Assembly (NCBI GenBank): GCA_963792875.1
Contig: CAWBXV010000002.1
Coordinates: 918,335 to 982,334, forward strand
DNA from: an uncultured Gammaproteobacteria bacterium
GTDB lineage: Bacteria; Pseudomonadota; Gammaproteobacteria; Pseudomonadales; JAHEGP01
Reading direction: 5' to 3'
DNA: 64,000 nt
Part shown: one piece after another, positions 1-9,751 of the stretch
Position numbering within the stretch: position 1 is the first letter of the stretch
Layout: the number at the start of each line of letters is the position of its first letter
Notes under the pieces: generated by a model
What the model saw: the letters and a program-made list of their open reading frames with translations, nothing else
Told to the model about the DNA's origin: nothing
Databases searched by the model: none
Translations under genes and position numbers: made by a program

Positions 1-331
1 GTACGCCAAGGTCGCTATTCCCATGCTGCCGGTGACGCACGGCGTCGAGTTCACCAAGCTGCATATTGTGCTCTACACGGCGCTGCTGTGCGCAGTCAGC
101 CTGCTGCCTTTCGCGGTAGGCATGCTCGGGCCGCTGTACCTGCTCGGGGCAGTGCTGCTCGGTGGCGGCTTTGTCTATTGGTCGCTCGCCCTGCTGTTCG
201 GCAGCAATCCCCGCACTGCGATGGAGACTTTCAAGTACTCATCGATCTACCTGCTGGCGCTGTTTCTGATCATGCTGATCGATCACTACCTGTTCCCGCG
301 CCCGTTGGTCTACAGCGTGATCGTGGGGTAG
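1..331 (+). CDS. ctaB: protoheme IX farnesyltransferase (heme O synthase), C-terminal fragment; the 5' end lies outside the window
   Basis: The frame is open from base 2 (YAKVAIPMLPVTHGVEFTK...). The hydrophobic UbiA-type C-terminal helices are typical of CyoE/CtaB. An SCO1/SenC gene follows 8 bp downstream, which fits a cytochrome oxidase assembly context. Confidence 0.8.
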   Translation, partial: YAKVAIPMLPVTHGVEFTKLHIVLYTALLCAVSLLPFAVGMLGPLYLLGAVLLGGGFVYWSLALLFGSNPRTAMETFKYSSIYLLALFLIMLIDHYLFPRPLVYSVIVG

Positions 332-338
332 AGCGCCC

Positions 339-1010
339 ATGAATCCAGCGCGCAAATCTATCTACCTCACGGCCGCGGGCACCTTGTTGCTGGCGCTGCT
401 GTCGGTCGCCATGTTCGTCCACAAGCTTACCGCACCCAGAGTGATGTCGAATGCGGAGCTGCAGCTCAATGGCGCCTATGTTTTCGATAAGCCGCGGATT
501 ATCGAGCCGCTGCAGCTGCTCGATCAGGACGGCAAGCCCTTTACCCTTGAAAATCTGCAGCAGCGCTGGTCGCTGGTCTTTTTTGGTTATACCTACTGTC
601 CCGATATCTGTCCCACCACGATGGCCGACCTGAAGAAGTTCTGGGCGCTGCTGGAGGATACGCCATGGCGTGAAGACACCCAGGTGATTCTGGCCACGGC
701 CGATCCGGGCCGGGACACCCCGGAGAAGCTGCGCGGCTACGTCCGCTATTTTGACGAGAGCTTTGTGGGCATCACGGGAGACTTCATGCAGTTGCAGTCA
801 TTTGCCAGGAATCTGAACGCAGCTTTCACCAAGGTGCCGGGTGGCACAGCGGACGCCTACCTTGTCGACCACACCCCGAATATCGCTCTGATCAACCCCT
901 ATGGCCACTACCATGGCTTTTTCAAGCCCGCCAGGGCGCCGGGTGGTATGTTCGATCCCGGGATGCTGAAACTGACCTATCAATCCATCCGGGCCAGCTT
1001 TGACGAGTAG
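339..1010 (+). CDS. SCO1/SenC family copper chaperone (thioredoxin fold)
   Basis: 223 aa with an N-terminal membrane anchor and the CxxxC copper motif in FFGYTYCPDICPTT, plus a conserved downstream His (DHTPNIALINP). Confidence 0.85.
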   Translation: MNPARKSIYLTAAGTLLLALLSVAMFVHKLTAPRVMSNAELQLNGAYVFDKPRIIEPLQLLDQDGKPFTLENLQQRWSLVFFGYTYCPDICPTTMADLKKFWALLEDTPWREDTQVILATADPGRDTPEKLRGYVRYFDESFVGITGDFMQLQSFARNLNAAFTKVPGGTADAYLVDHTPNIALINPYGHYHGFFKPARAPGGMFDPGMLKLTYQSIRASFDE

Positions 1011-1026
1011 TCACCTGGCCAGCCAT

Positions 1027-1052
1027 AAAAAAAAGCCGGCGCATATGCCGGC
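1027..1052 (-). terminator. rho-independent terminator downstream of thrB (minus strand)
   Basis: GCCGGC-GCATAT-GCCGGC hairpin at 1035-1052. It is preceded on the plus strand by A8 (1027-1034), which is a U8 tract after the hairpin on the minus strand. Confidence 0.55.
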
Positions 1053-1195
1053 CAAGCTAGGGGGTGAGCAGCGCTTGCCGAGGTGAGCCGGTCATGACTC
1101 GCCGCGGTCGAGCTGTTGAGTTCAGTGTAATCGATGCAGCCCGCTGCGCAGCCTTGATGGGCGCTTTTGCGAACTGGTGGGCAGCGGTTTAGGCG

Positions 1196-2155
1196 CTATG
1201 TGCAGGCGTTCAAGCGGTGTACGAGAATACGTCGGTATTCGTCGGGGTCCTTGCTCTTGATCACGGCACTCTCGTCGAGGTCTTCCCCAGGCCGCGACTG
1301 GGCCGCCAGGCGCGACGCCCAGAAGCGCAAGGCTGACAGTACCAGGATGTTCGGCCAGTAGTGGATTTCTTCCGGTAGCAGGCTTCTGCGCTTCTGGTAA
1401 GCGTCCAGCAGCCCGTCGACCCTCGATTGGCATAGGCTGCCGTCTTCTCGAGAGCACCAGGCGTTGGCACAGACTCCCAGGTCGAAGCAGAGCAGGCCAT
1501 CGCCACCGCTGAAGAAATCCACCAGTCCGGTCAACTGGTCGCCGACGAACAGGGTGTTGTCGGGAAACAAATCCCCGTGAATCAGTCCAAATGGCAGCGT
1601 GCACTCGGCTCTCAACGGGGCGCTGGCGCGCAGAGCGCTCTCCATCAGCGAGCTGTCGTCCCGCGGCAGGGTGGGCAGCAGCTCTGCACAGAGGGCCTCC
1701 AGCCACTCCAGGCTGCGCGGCCCGGTATGGTGCTCTCCCAGGTCGAGAGCGGCCGCGTGCATGCGGCCGAGCGCAGCGCCGATGGCGCGGCAGTGCGAGA
1801 GGTCGGGCAGATGGGGATGGTGACCCGGCAGTTTCGGAAACAGTGCCGCGGGCTTCCTGCTCACCGTGGTCCAGCGGCGGCCGGTGCGGTCAGCAATGGC
1901 CGGCGCGACGGGAAGCGCCAGCTTCTCGAGTTGTTCCAGCCAGTGCAGATAGAACTCCAGTTCGGAGCCCTGCAGGTGCTCAAAAATGGTGAGGAGATAG
2001 CTCTGGACGGCGCCTTCCTCCCCCGCGATGTCCAGAAAATAGTTGGTGTTCTCCACGCCTTCGGTGGCGGCCTGCACGGATGCCAGCGCGCCCAGGCGAT
2101 AGGGCAGTAGCAGCGCGCTGAGCTGCGCGAAGTTCAGTACGGTGTAAACCGCCAT
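1196..2155 (-). CDS. thrB: homoserine kinase, Pseudomonas-type (APH/choline-kinase fold ThrB)
   Basis: The N-terminus [22 protein letters not shown]...[11 protein letters not shown] and the HGDLFPDN / DF motifs match type II ThrB. I chose the internal ATG at 2155 (320 aa) rather than the ORF-track start at 2227. The gene sits next to polA, as in Pseudomonas. Confidence 0.8.
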   Translation of the reverse strand: MAVYTVLNFAQLSALLLPYRLGALASVQAATEGVENTNYFLDIAGEEGAVQSYLLTIFEHLQGSELEFYLHWLEQLEKLALPVAPAIADRTGRRWTTVSRKPAALFPKLPGHHPHLPDLSHCRAIGAALGRMHAAALDLGEHHTGPRSLEWLEALCAELLPTLPRDDSSLMESALRASAPLRAECTLPFGLIHGDLFPDNTLFVGDQLTGLVDFFSGGDGLLCFDLGVCANAWCSREDGSLCQSRVDGLLDAYQKRRSLLPEEIHYWPNILVLSALRFWASRLAAQSRPGEDLDESAVIKSKDPDEYRRILVHRLNACT

Positions 2156-2232
2156 GGCCGGGCTCACCTCCCATTTCTGTGATATTGTACCGCGCGACTG
2201 CATGGCGTGCGCCACATTTGGAGACAACCGGA

Positions 2233-4947
2233 ATGAATCACACCGCAGCGCAACCTCTGGTTCTGGTTGACGGCTCCTCCTACCTTTACCGGGCGTTCCA
2301 TGCGCTGCCGTCGCTTTCCACCAGCAAGGGTCAACCCACCGGCGCCGTGAAGGGCGTTATCGCCATGCTCAAGCGGCTGCAGAAGGATTATCCCGAGGGG
2401 CGGCTGGTCGTGGTATTCGATGCCAAGGGCAAGACCTTCCGGGATGATATCTATCCCCAATACAAGGCGCATCGGCCACCCATGCCCGAGGAGTTGCGTG
2501 CCCAGATCGAACCCATCCACGCTATCGTGCGGGCCATGGGCCTGCCGATCATCGTGCAGGAGGGCGTAGAGGCCGATGATGTCATCGGTACCCTGGCCAG
2601 GCGCGCGGCGGCCGAGGGCCAGCAGGTGCTGATCTCGACCGGCGACAAGGACATGGCCCAGCTGGTCGACGAGCACATCACACTCGTCAACACCATGACT
2701 GAGACGACGCTCGATGAGCGCGGCGTCGAGGAAAAATTCGCCATTCCCCCCCGGCTGGTGGTAGACCTGCTGGCGCTCATGGGCGATAAGGTCGATAACA
2801 TCCCCGGGGTATCGGGCATCGGCGAAAAGACGGCGGTCGCGCTGCTGCAGCAGATCGGTGGCATTCAGGACCTGTATGCGAATCTGCAGCGCGTGCCGGA
2901 ACTGCCGATCCGCGGGGCCAAATCGCTTGCGGCCCGACTTGAAAGCCAGCGGGAACAGGCTCTGCTGTCCTACCGGCTGGCGACGATCAAGACCGACGTG
3001 GCGCTGGACTTCGCTGCTGACGCGCTGCTGGCGCGCCCGCCCGACCAGGAACTGCTGCTCGAATGGTACCGGGAACTGGAGTTCAAATCCTGGGCCAGCG
3101 AATTGCTGGCCGCGGGCGGTGAGGCGGCGAGCGCTGCCGGCACCAGCTATGAAACCGTTTTTGACCTGGCGGCGCTGGAAAACTGGCTGGAGAGGATCAG
3201 CTCGGCGGGACAGTTCGCCTTCGATACGGAAACCACCGGGCTGGACTACATGAGCGCCGACCTCGTGGGGGTATCCTTTGCGGTAGACGAAGGCAGCGCC
3301 GCCTATGTTCCGATCGGGCATGATTATCCAGGCGCGCCCGAACAGCTCCCAAGGGAGCTGGTGCTCGATCGCCTGCGGCCGATACTCGAGGACCCGGCCC
3401 TGCAGAAGATCGGGCAGAATCTCAAATTCGACATGAACATTCTCGCGGGGCAGGGCATCGACCTGCAGGGGGTGGCGTTCGATACCATGCTGGAGTCGTA
3501 CGTGCTCGATTCGACCGCCACGCGCCACGACATGGATAGCCTGGCGCTGAAATACCTGGGCCACAAGACCATTCATTTCGAAGATATCGCGGGCAAGGGT
3601 GCGCGGCAGCTGACCTTCAATCAGGTCGGGGTCGAGCAGGCGTCGACCTATGCGGCGGAGGATGCCGATGTGACGCTGCGGCTGCACCGTACACTCTATC
3701 CAAAGGTGGCAGCGGAGCCTGGTCTGCGGCAGGTGCTGCAGGAAATCGAGGTGCCCCTGGTGCCGGTGCTGTCGCGCATGGAGCGGCACGGCGCGCTGGT
3801 CGACCGCGCGCTGCTGCAGGTGCAGAGTGGAGAGCTCGGCGAGCGCCTGCGGGTGCTGGAGGCACAGGCCCATGAGCTGGCGGGCGAGGAGTTCAACCTC
3901 GCGTCGCCCAAACAGCTGGGCCGTATCCTGTTCGAGAAGCACCAGCTGCCGGTCATCAAGAAGACCCAGAAGGGTGCGCCGTCCACGGCGGAAGAGGTTC
4001 TGCAGGACCTGGCGCTCGATTATCCCCTGCCGCGCCTGATACTGGAGCAGCGCGGTCTATCGAAGCTGAAGTCGACCTACACCGACAAACTGCCGGAGAT
4101 GATCAATCCGGTGACCGGGCGCATACACACCTCTTACCATCAGGCGGTGGCGGCAACCGGCCGGTTGTCCTCCGCCAATCCCAATCTGCAGAATATCCCG
4201 GTGCGCACCGACGAGGGGCGCCGCATCCGGCGCGCCTTCATTGCGCCTGCGGGTTGCCGGCTGCTGGCGGCCGACTATTCGCAGATCGAGCTGCGGATCA
4301 TGGCCCATCTGTCGGGGGATGCGGGGCTGTGCGATGCCTTTTCGAAGGGGCAGGATATCCACCGCGCCACCGCCGCCGAAGTGTTCGGCGTGCCCCTGGG
4401 CGAGGTCTCGACGGAGCAGCGGCGCAGCGCCAAGGCGATCAACTTCGGGTTGATTTACGGCATGTCGCCCTTCGGCCTGTCCCGGCAATTGCGCGTAGGC
4501 CGCAACCAGGCGCAGGAGTACATGGACCTCTACTTCGAACGCTATCCCGGTGTCAGGCGCTACATGGAGCAGACCCGGGAGGTGGCTCGCGCGCAGGGCT
4601 ATGTCGAAACGCTGTTCGGCCGGCGCCTGCATCTTCCCGAGATCAACGCGAGCAACGGGACGCGGCGCCAGGCGGCGGAGCGGGCCGCTATCAACGCGCC
4701 CATGCAGGGCACCGCGGCTGATATCATCAAGCGCGCCATGATCGCCGTCGATCGATACCTGCAGGGTAGCGGGTTGCCAGTGCGCATGGTCATGCAGGTA
4801 CACGATGAACTGGTGTTTGAGGTCGAGCGGGAGCTGGTCGATGACTTCGGTGAGCGAGTGCGGGATATCATGTCCGCGGCAGCAGAGCTGAGAGTGCCCC
4901 TGGTGGTGGATGTGGGGCACGGTGCCAACTGGGACGAGGCCCATTGA
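2233..4947 (+). CDS. polA: DNA polymerase I
   Basis: The 5'-3' exonuclease N-terminus ([16 protein letters not shown]), the 3'-5' exonuclease region ([11 protein letters not shown]) and the polymerase motifs ([22 protein letters not shown]) are all present. ATG at 2233 is preceded by GGAGA; the ORF-track start at 2179 is probably too early. Confidence 0.97.
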   Translation: MNHTAAQPLVLVDGSSYLYRAFHALPSLSTSKGQPTGAVKGVIAMLKRLQKDYPEGRLVVVFDAKGKTFRDDIYPQYKAHRPPMPEELRAQIEPIHAIVRAMGLPIIVQEGVEADDVIGTLARRAAAEGQQVLISTGDKDMAQLVDEHITLVNTMTETTLDERGVEEKFAIPPRLVVDLLALMGDKVDNIPGVSGIGEKTAVALLQQIGGIQDLYANLQRVPELPIRGAKSLAARLESQREQALLSYRLATIKTDVALDFAADALLARPPDQELLLEWYRELEFKSWASELLAAGGEAASAAGTSYETVFDLAALENWLERISSAGQFAFDTETTGLDYMSADLVGVSFAVDEGSAAYVPIGHDYPGAPEQLPRELVLDRLRPILEDPALQKIGQNLKFDMNILAGQGIDLQGVAFDTMLESYVLDSTATRHDMDSLALKYLGHKTIHFEDIAGKGARQLTFNQVGVEQASTYAAEDADVTLRLHRTLYPKVAAEPGLRQVLQEIEVPLVPVLSRMERHGALVDRALLQVQSGELGERLRVLEAQAHELAGEEFNLASPKQLGRILFEKHQLPVIKKTQKGAPSTAEEVLQDLALDYPLPRLILEQRGLSKLKSTYTDKLPEMINPVTGRIHTSYHQAVAATGRLSSANPNLQNIPVRTDEGRRIRRAFIAPAGCRLLAADYSQIELRIMAHLSGDAGLCDAFSKGQDIHRATAAEVFGVPLGEVSTEQRRSAKAINFGLIYGMSPFGLSRQLRVGRNQAQEYMDLYFERYPGVRRYMEQTREVARAQGYVETLFGRRLHLPEINASNGTRRQAAERAAINAPMQGTAADIIKRAMIAVDRYLQGSGLPVRMVMQVHDELVFEVERELVDDFGERVRDIMSAAAELRVPLVVDVGHGANWDEAH

Positions 4948-5000
4948 GACAACCGGTCCGGGCTATTGCGAAAAAGAAGCAATTTTTTTACAGATTTTCT

Positions 5001-5027
5001 GAACCAATTCACCTTGCTCCAGTCATA
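5001..5027 (+). promoter_or_regulatory. candidate sigma-E/AlgU-type promoter (GAACCA-N16-TCATA)
   Basis: GAACCA at 5001-5006, a 16-nt spacer, then TCATA at 5023-5027. This resembles the extracytoplasmic-function consensus GAACTT-N16/17-TCnnA. Pattern match only. Confidence 0.3.
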
Positions 5028-5033
5028 GTCTGT

Positions 5034-5116
5034 GTGTGCTCGCTAGCGTTAGACCCCAATAACGCTAGTCTTCGCCCCGCTACTCCCTCCCCTGGGTAGC
5101 GGGGCGTTTCTTTTTG
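5034..5116 (+). ncRNA. candidate Spot42/ErsA-like small RNA in the polA-engB spacer
   Basis: Two hairpins are present: CTAGCGTT-N10-AACGCTAG at 5043-5068, and a 10-bp GC stem GCCCCGCTAC/GTAGCGGGGC at 5074-5105 followed by GTTTCTTTTT. The position and orientation match spf in E. coli and ersA in P. aeruginosa. The 5' end is inferred from the putative promoter. Confidence 0.35.
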
Positions 5117-5781
5117 TGCTCGTCCATTTCGTCGAGGGGTGGAATCCCGCTCAGAGGTGCTTCGCCGGGATCGAGATCCAGCCAGCGCAGCAAGGTTCGC
5201 GCGAGGTCGTCGACGCCGCTGCGCGCCAGGGCGGAGAACAGCTGTACGCTGACATCATCGCTGAGGTCGCGAAGCTGACTCCTGACCAGCTGCAGCTGCC
5301 TCAGGCGCGGGGCCTTTTTGAGTTTGTCCGCCTTGGTCAGCAGTACGTGCACCGGCATGTCGCAGGCCTTGGCCCATTGCAGCATCCTGCGGTCAAATTC
5401 GGTCAGCGGGTGGCGGATATCCATCACCAGTATCAGGCCGGCCAGCGAGCGGCGCTGGCGCAGGTAGCTGTCGATCTGCTGTACCCACTGGGCCTTTACC
5501 GACGCGGGCACTTTGGCGAAGCCGTAGCCCGGCAGGTCTACCAGGCGCGCCTGCTCGCCGAGCGAGAAGAAATTGAAAAGGCGGGTGCGGCCGGGGGTCT
5601 TGCTGGTGCGCGCGAGCTTGCTGTTGCGCGTCAGGGCATTCAGCGCGCTGGACTTGCCGGCATTGGAGCGGCCCGCGAAGGCGACCTCGCGTCCTTCGTC
5701 CGGCGGGCACTGCCCCAGGGTTGCCGCGCTGGCGGTGTGCTGCGCCTTTTCGAAGTTTCGCTCGGGGTGACTGTTGTCCAT
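5080..5781 (-). CDS. engB: ribosome biogenesis GTP-binding protein YihA/EngB
   Basis: G1 motif GRSNAGKSS, followed by DLPGYG and TKADK motifs. I chose the internal ATG at 5781 (MDNSHPERN...). The last ~12 codons overlap the plus-strand terminator hairpin. Confidence 0.9.
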   Translation of the reverse strand: MDNSHPERNFEKAQHTASAATLGQCPPDEGREVAFAGRSNAGKSSALNALTRNSKLARTSKTPGRTRLFNFFSLGEQARLVDLPGYGFAKVPASVKAQWVQQIDSYLRQRRSLAGLILVMDIRHPLTEFDRRMLQWAKACDMPVHVLLTKADKLKKAPRLRQLQLVRSQLRDLSDDVSVQLFSALARSGVDDLARTLLRWLDLDPGEAPLSGIPPLDEMDEHKKKRPATQGRE

Positions 5782-5977
5782 GCTGGCCTGACTTGATGCC
5801 TTCGCGGACCGCGCGGGTCCGCCGGGCGATGGGTGGATGAGCGTATTATGTCCGCCCTTTCGTTTCCGTTGGTGCGCCAGTTGTATATAATGGAACACTT
5901 GTGGGCGAAACAGCATTCTACCACGTCGCAATGAAGGCTATCGGAACCTATCTGAGTTCTCTCCTGGGGTAACTGCC

Positions 5978-6277
5978 ATGAAAACGCTGTTTGTTTTTAT
6001 CATGACCGCTGGTCTTGCCAGTGCTGGCTTTGCGGCTGACGAGGCAATCGTTGGCAAATACAGCCAATCCTGTGGAATATGTCATACTTCCGGCGCTGCG
6101 GGCGCCCCGAAGACCGGCTCGGCGGAAGACTGGGCTCCGCGCCTCGAAAAGGGCATGGATGTACTGGTTGGCAGCGTCACCAACGGTCTCAACGCCATGC
6201 CCCCGAGAGGGATGTGCAACGATTGTACCGCTGACGATTACAAGGCCCTCATCAGCTATATGATCGGCGCCCATTAA
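5978..6277 (+). CDS. cytochrome c5 family monoheme c-type cytochrome
   Basis: 99 aa with signal peptide MKTLFVFIMTAGLASAGFA, the haem site CGICH and a distal Met in NAMPPRGMC. Confidence 0.8.
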   Translation: MKTLFVFIMTAGLASAGFAADEAIVGKYSQSCGICHTSGAAGAPKTGSAEDWAPRLEKGMDVLVGSVTNGLNAMPPRGMCNDCTADDYKALISYMIGAH

Positions 6278-6325
6278 GGCCGGCATTCACTGCCCCAATC
6301 ATTTGAGTCGAAGCAAGAGCAGATT

Positions 6326-6952
6326 ATGAACCGCAGCATCATCCTGACTACGTTGTTAATGGGATTCACTGCTCAGGCGCTTGCGCTGGGTGACGTTCAG
6401 CGCGGCGAAGCCAAGTCCGCCAGCTGTGCGGCCTGTCACGGTGCCGATGGCAATAGTGCAGCAGGGGCCTTTCCCAAGCTGGCCGGCCAGAACGCACGCT
6501 ACCTGATCAAGCAGCTCAACGACGTGCAGTCGGGCAATAGGTCCATCCCCCAGATGGCAGGGCAGCTCGATGGTAAGACCGCACAGGATTTTGAGGACAT
6601 TGCGGCTTACTATGCGGCCCAGAAGTCGAGCTATGGGCAGGCAAATTCCGATCTGGTCAAGTTGGGTGAGAGCATTTATCGAGCCGGCATCAAGGATAAG
6701 GGCGTGTCCGCGTGCACTGCCTGCCATTCTCCGACCGGACAGGGCAATGCTCCCGCCGGGATGCCGGCGCTCGGGGGGCAGCACGCCGAGTACACTGCAG
6801 CCCAGCTCAAGGCGTTCCGCCTGGGTGCTGACCAGCCCGCAAAGGGTCGCGTCAACGATGGTGAATCCCGGATGATGCGTGACACCGCCTCGCGTTTGAG
6901 CGATCTTGAAATCGACGCAGTGTCTTCCTATATTAGTGGTCTGCACCCCTAA
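6326..6952 (+). CDS. cc4: cytochrome c4 (dihaem)
   Basis: 208 aa with a signal peptide and two CxxCH sites (CAACH, CTACH) in two repeated halves. It lies between engB and dsbA, as in Pseudomonas. Confidence 0.9.
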   Translation: MNRSIILTTLLMGFTAQALALGDVQRGEAKSASCAACHGADGNSAAGAFPKLAGQNARYLIKQLNDVQSGNRSIPQMAGQLDGKTAQDFEDIAAYYAAQKSSYGQANSDLVKLGESIYRAGIKDKGVSACTACHSPTGQGNAPAGMPALGGQHAEYTAAQLKAFRLGADQPAKGRVNDGESRMMRDTASRLSDLEIDAVSSYISGLHP

Positions 6953-7001
6953 TCCGCACTGACCGCAAAAAGGTGGTACGGGTTTCGCCTGCGAAAATGC
7001 T

Positions 7002-7027
7002 GGCGGGAACCGCGCCGCCTTTTTTTT
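7002..7027 (+). terminator. rho-independent terminator after cytochrome c4
   Basis: GGCGG-N8-CCGCC followed by T8 at 7020-7027, 50 nt after the cc4 stop. Confidence 0.5.
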
Positions 7028-7100
7028 GTCTTCTTCTCCGGTCGGTTCGTGGTGGTGGGCCGGTAGCATAGTCGATTGGACGACAAACAGGAGCATCCAA

Positions 7101-7751
7101 ATGATCAAGAGATTTCTGGCGGGCCTCATGATGGCGGGGTTGCTGGTTGCCGGTGTATCGACGGCCTCCGCAGCTGCATTCGTCGAGGGTAAGAACTACG
7201 TCCGCCTGGACAAACCGCTGCCCACGCGGGACAAGACCAGGATCGAGGTCATCGAATTCTTCTGGTACGGCTGCATTCACTGCTTCCATTTTGAGCCGAC
7301 ATTGAAGGCCTGGGCATCGAAGCAGGCGGATGACGTCTACGTGCAGGGCTCTCCGGCTCTCTGGAATAAGACCATGAGCCTGCATGCGCAGGCGTTTTAC
7401 ACCGCGCAGGCGCTGGGTGTGCTCGATAAGCTCCACGAACCGCTGTTTGCCGCGTTGAATGTCGAGCCGAAAGTCAAATTGAACGACGAGGGCGATGTGG
7501 AGAAGTTCTTTGTCAAGCATGGCGTCGACAAGGAGGCTTTTCGCAAGACGTTTAATTCGTTCGGCGTGACCAGTCAGGTAAAGCAGGCCGACGCGCGCGC
7601 TCGCACCACCGGCATCGAGGGCACGCCGGAGATGCTGGTCAATGGCAGGTATCGGGTCTCCTCCAGGCTGGCAGGTGGCCAGAGCATGGAACAAATGCTG
7701 AAGGTCGTCGATTTTCTCATCGAGCAGGAAAGGGCGGCGCGCGGGTCTTGA
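7101..7751 (+). CDS. dsbA: thiol:disulfide interchange protein DsbA
   Basis: Signal peptide MIKRFLAGLMMAGLLVAGVSTASA and active site FFWYGCIHCFHFEP (CxxC). ATG at 7101 is preceded by CAGGAG. Confidence 0.9.
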   Translation: MIKRFLAGLMMAGLLVAGVSTASAAAFVEGKNYVRLDKPLPTRDKTRIEVIEFFWYGCIHCFHFEPTLKAWASKQADDVYVQGSPALWNKTMSLHAQAFYTAQALGVLDKLHEPLFAALNVEPKVKLNDEGDVEKFFVKHGVDKEAFRKTFNSFGVTSQVKQADARARTTGIEGTPEMLVNGRYRVSSRLAGGQSMEQMLKVVDFLIEQERAARGS

Positions 7752-7769
7752 CGGCGTATCGCAGCGCCA

Positions 7770-8708
7770 GTGGAGACGATCTTCAGCAGCGCCCCTTTCT
7801 GGTATGATGAGTCCATGAAAGAGGGGCACGTTTTTTCTCATGACCGCTTGCAAAGAGCGCGTGATGGCCTGACCAGGCTGCTGGCCAGGCGTCGTGCGTT
7901 GGTGCCTTTTGAGGCCGCGCCGATACACCCGCGCCGGCCGCGGAGCGAGCATGCGTTGCGGTTGCTGAGCTTCAACATGCAGGCCGGCATGAAGGTCCAG
8001 CGCTTCAGCCACTATGTCACCCGCAGCTGGCAGCATGTGCTGCCAGCCAGAGAAAAAATCCACAATCTCAACAAGATATCGGAGCTGCTGAAGGATTTCG
8101 ATCTGGTGGCGCTGCAGGAGGCCGATGGCGGCAGTCTGCGCAGCGGCTTCGTCAATCAGGTGGAATATCTCGCCCGCCTGGGCGACTTTCCCTTCTGGTA
8201 TCAGCAGTGTACGCGCGACCTGGGCCATTTGGGCCGCTATGGCAACGGCCTGCTGAGCCGCATCGAGCCGATCGAGTTTGCCGAGCACAAACTGCCGGGC
8301 ACAGTGCCCGGTCGCGGGGCGATTTTTCTGCGGTATGGCAATGAGGAACAGCACCTCATCGTTATCAATCTGCATCTCGCGCTCGGCCGTCGCAGTCAGC
8401 AGCGCCAGTTGACCTACGTCCGCGATCTGATCGCCAATTACGAACACGTCGTCATCATGGGTGACATGAACACCCATGCCGAACACCTGCTCGGCGATAG
8501 TCCGTTGCGTGAGTCACATCTGTATTCGGCGGCGGCCAGCTCCAGCAAGACCTACCCTAGCTGGGCGCCGACCCGAGCCCTGGATCATATCCTGGTAAGC
8601 GAGAGCATTCGCGTCACTGATGCCTGGACGCCGGAGTTCACCTTATCCGATCACCTGCCCGTCGCCCTTGAATTGGAATTGCCGGAAAAGCTAGCATTGC
8701 TGCGCTAG
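7770..8708 (+). CDS. endonuclease/exonuclease/phosphatase (EEP) family protein
   Basis: EEP-fold motifs are present: LRLLSFNMQ, LVALQEAD, IMGDMNT and the C-terminal SDHLPV. The start is uncertain: GTG at 7770 or ATG at 7815. Confidence 0.8.
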   Translation: METIFSSAPFWYDESMKEGHVFSHDRLQRARDGLTRLLARRRALVPFEAAPIHPRRPRSEHALRLLSFNMQAGMKVQRFSHYVTRSWQHVLPAREKIHNLNKISELLKDFDLVALQEADGGSLRSGFVNQVEYLARLGDFPFWYQQCTRDLGHLGRYGNGLLSRIEPIEFAEHKLPGTVPGRGAIFLRYGNEEQHLIVINLHLALGRRSQQRQLTYVRDLIANYEHVVIMGDMNTHAEHLLGDSPLRESHLYSAAASSSKTYPSWAPTRALDHILVSESIRVTDAWTPEFTLSDHLPVALELELPEKLALLR

Positions 8709-9029
8709 CGGCGCCCCTGACCCCCCCGCCCGAACGCGGCGGGCTGCGGATGCCGTGATATCCCCCATAGCCTATGCTGGATCACCGTGAGCGGGTATTG
8801 GTACTTCTTCACGATTTTCGCCCGCGGGTTCGCTAAGCACGTTAGCAGGGACTAATCTTCTTGGGTATGGGTAGTCCGGTGGCTTTATCTTCTTTAGCTC
8901 CGGGGGGCTGGCACGGAGACTGCCTCCTGATGAGCATGGCGTGCCATCGCTGACAGCGGTCGCGCTGGTCAGTCGAAGCGGGTCCGGTGCTGCTCTGCAT
9001 GCGTACACAGTTCGCCGACGACGGATTTT

Positions 9030-9221
9030 TTGGGGGGTAGCTGGAGAATGAACGAAAGGCCTAAGATTTCGCGAGATACCGTGAGTAAAATTGAGGGCTC
9101 ACTGGAAGAGAGAAAGACGCGCAAGGACCGCCGCCAGGTGGCCATGAAGCTGCCCAAGGCGCTGGAGCGCAGGACCGGTGGGGACAGGCGGTCGCGGCAG
9201 CACCCCAGGGTGGTTTCCTGA
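9030..9221 (+). CDS. hypothetical small basic protein with a duplicated ER(K/R)TxxDRR motif (weak call)
   Basis: The ORF runs MNERPKISRDTVSKIEGSLEERKTRKDRRQVAMKLPKALERRTGGDRRSRQHPRVVS from ATG 9048, or from TTG 9030. GGAG lies only 2-3 nt before ATG 9048, so the RBS geometry is poor. It is the only plausible ORF in a 1-kb gap. Confidence 0.25.
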   Translation: MGGSWRMNERPKISRDTVSKIEGSLEERKTRKDRRQVAMKLPKALERRTGGDRRSRQHPRVVS

Positions 9222-9690
9222 CGGTCGCCGGGGAAGTCGGTGACAGCCGGTCTGCCCCGGTCTTTGATATTCAATCGTTTTACCGTACTTCCTGCCCCGC
9301 AGACTGCAACGTGATGGGGGACGCCGATGTATCCAGCGCCGCTGCGGCACTATGACGAGAGTGAACTCAGTGGCCTGGGTGTCGGCGCGCTGATTGCGGC
9401 CGAGTGGCGCACCGGCGCGTACTCGAGTGTCGCCGCAGTGACGACCGCGGTACATAGCAAAAGAACGGACATTCCGCGCAGTGTCATCTTCTGGCTGGCC
9501 TACCATATGGTCATGGCGGACGGGGCGCCAGCGCCGGACAGCAACGAAAATCAGGGCGCTTAGGCGCCCTGAGCTGTTTGGGGACACACCCTGACCGCTT
9601 GGCGGCGTCGCAGCAGTTTTTGGATGCCAGCGGCGAAAGTCACTTCTAAGGCGATGAACAGTAAAAGCGGCGGCCATGGCCGTTGAGCAG

Positions 9691-9718
9691 TGGCCAAGCG
9701 ATCATTTTTTGACCATAA
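9691..9718 (+). promoter_or_regulatory. possible sigma70 promoter for exeA
   Basis: TGGCCA at 9691-9696, a 16-nt T-rich spacer, then CATAAT at 9713-9718, about 35 nt upstream of the exeA ATG. Pattern match only. Confidence 0.25.
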
Positions 9719-9751
9719 TTGCCCACCCTCTGCAACGACTGCTGCGAAGCG

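Noticed and set aside
8927-8955. A CTGATGAG motif followed by a short hairpin (ATGG-CGTG-CCAT), reminiscent of a hammerhead ribozyme core.
   Set aside because: The obligatory CGAAA element after stem II is absent; the sequence reads CGCTGAC instead. No stem I/III pairing around a cleavage triplet could be drawn.
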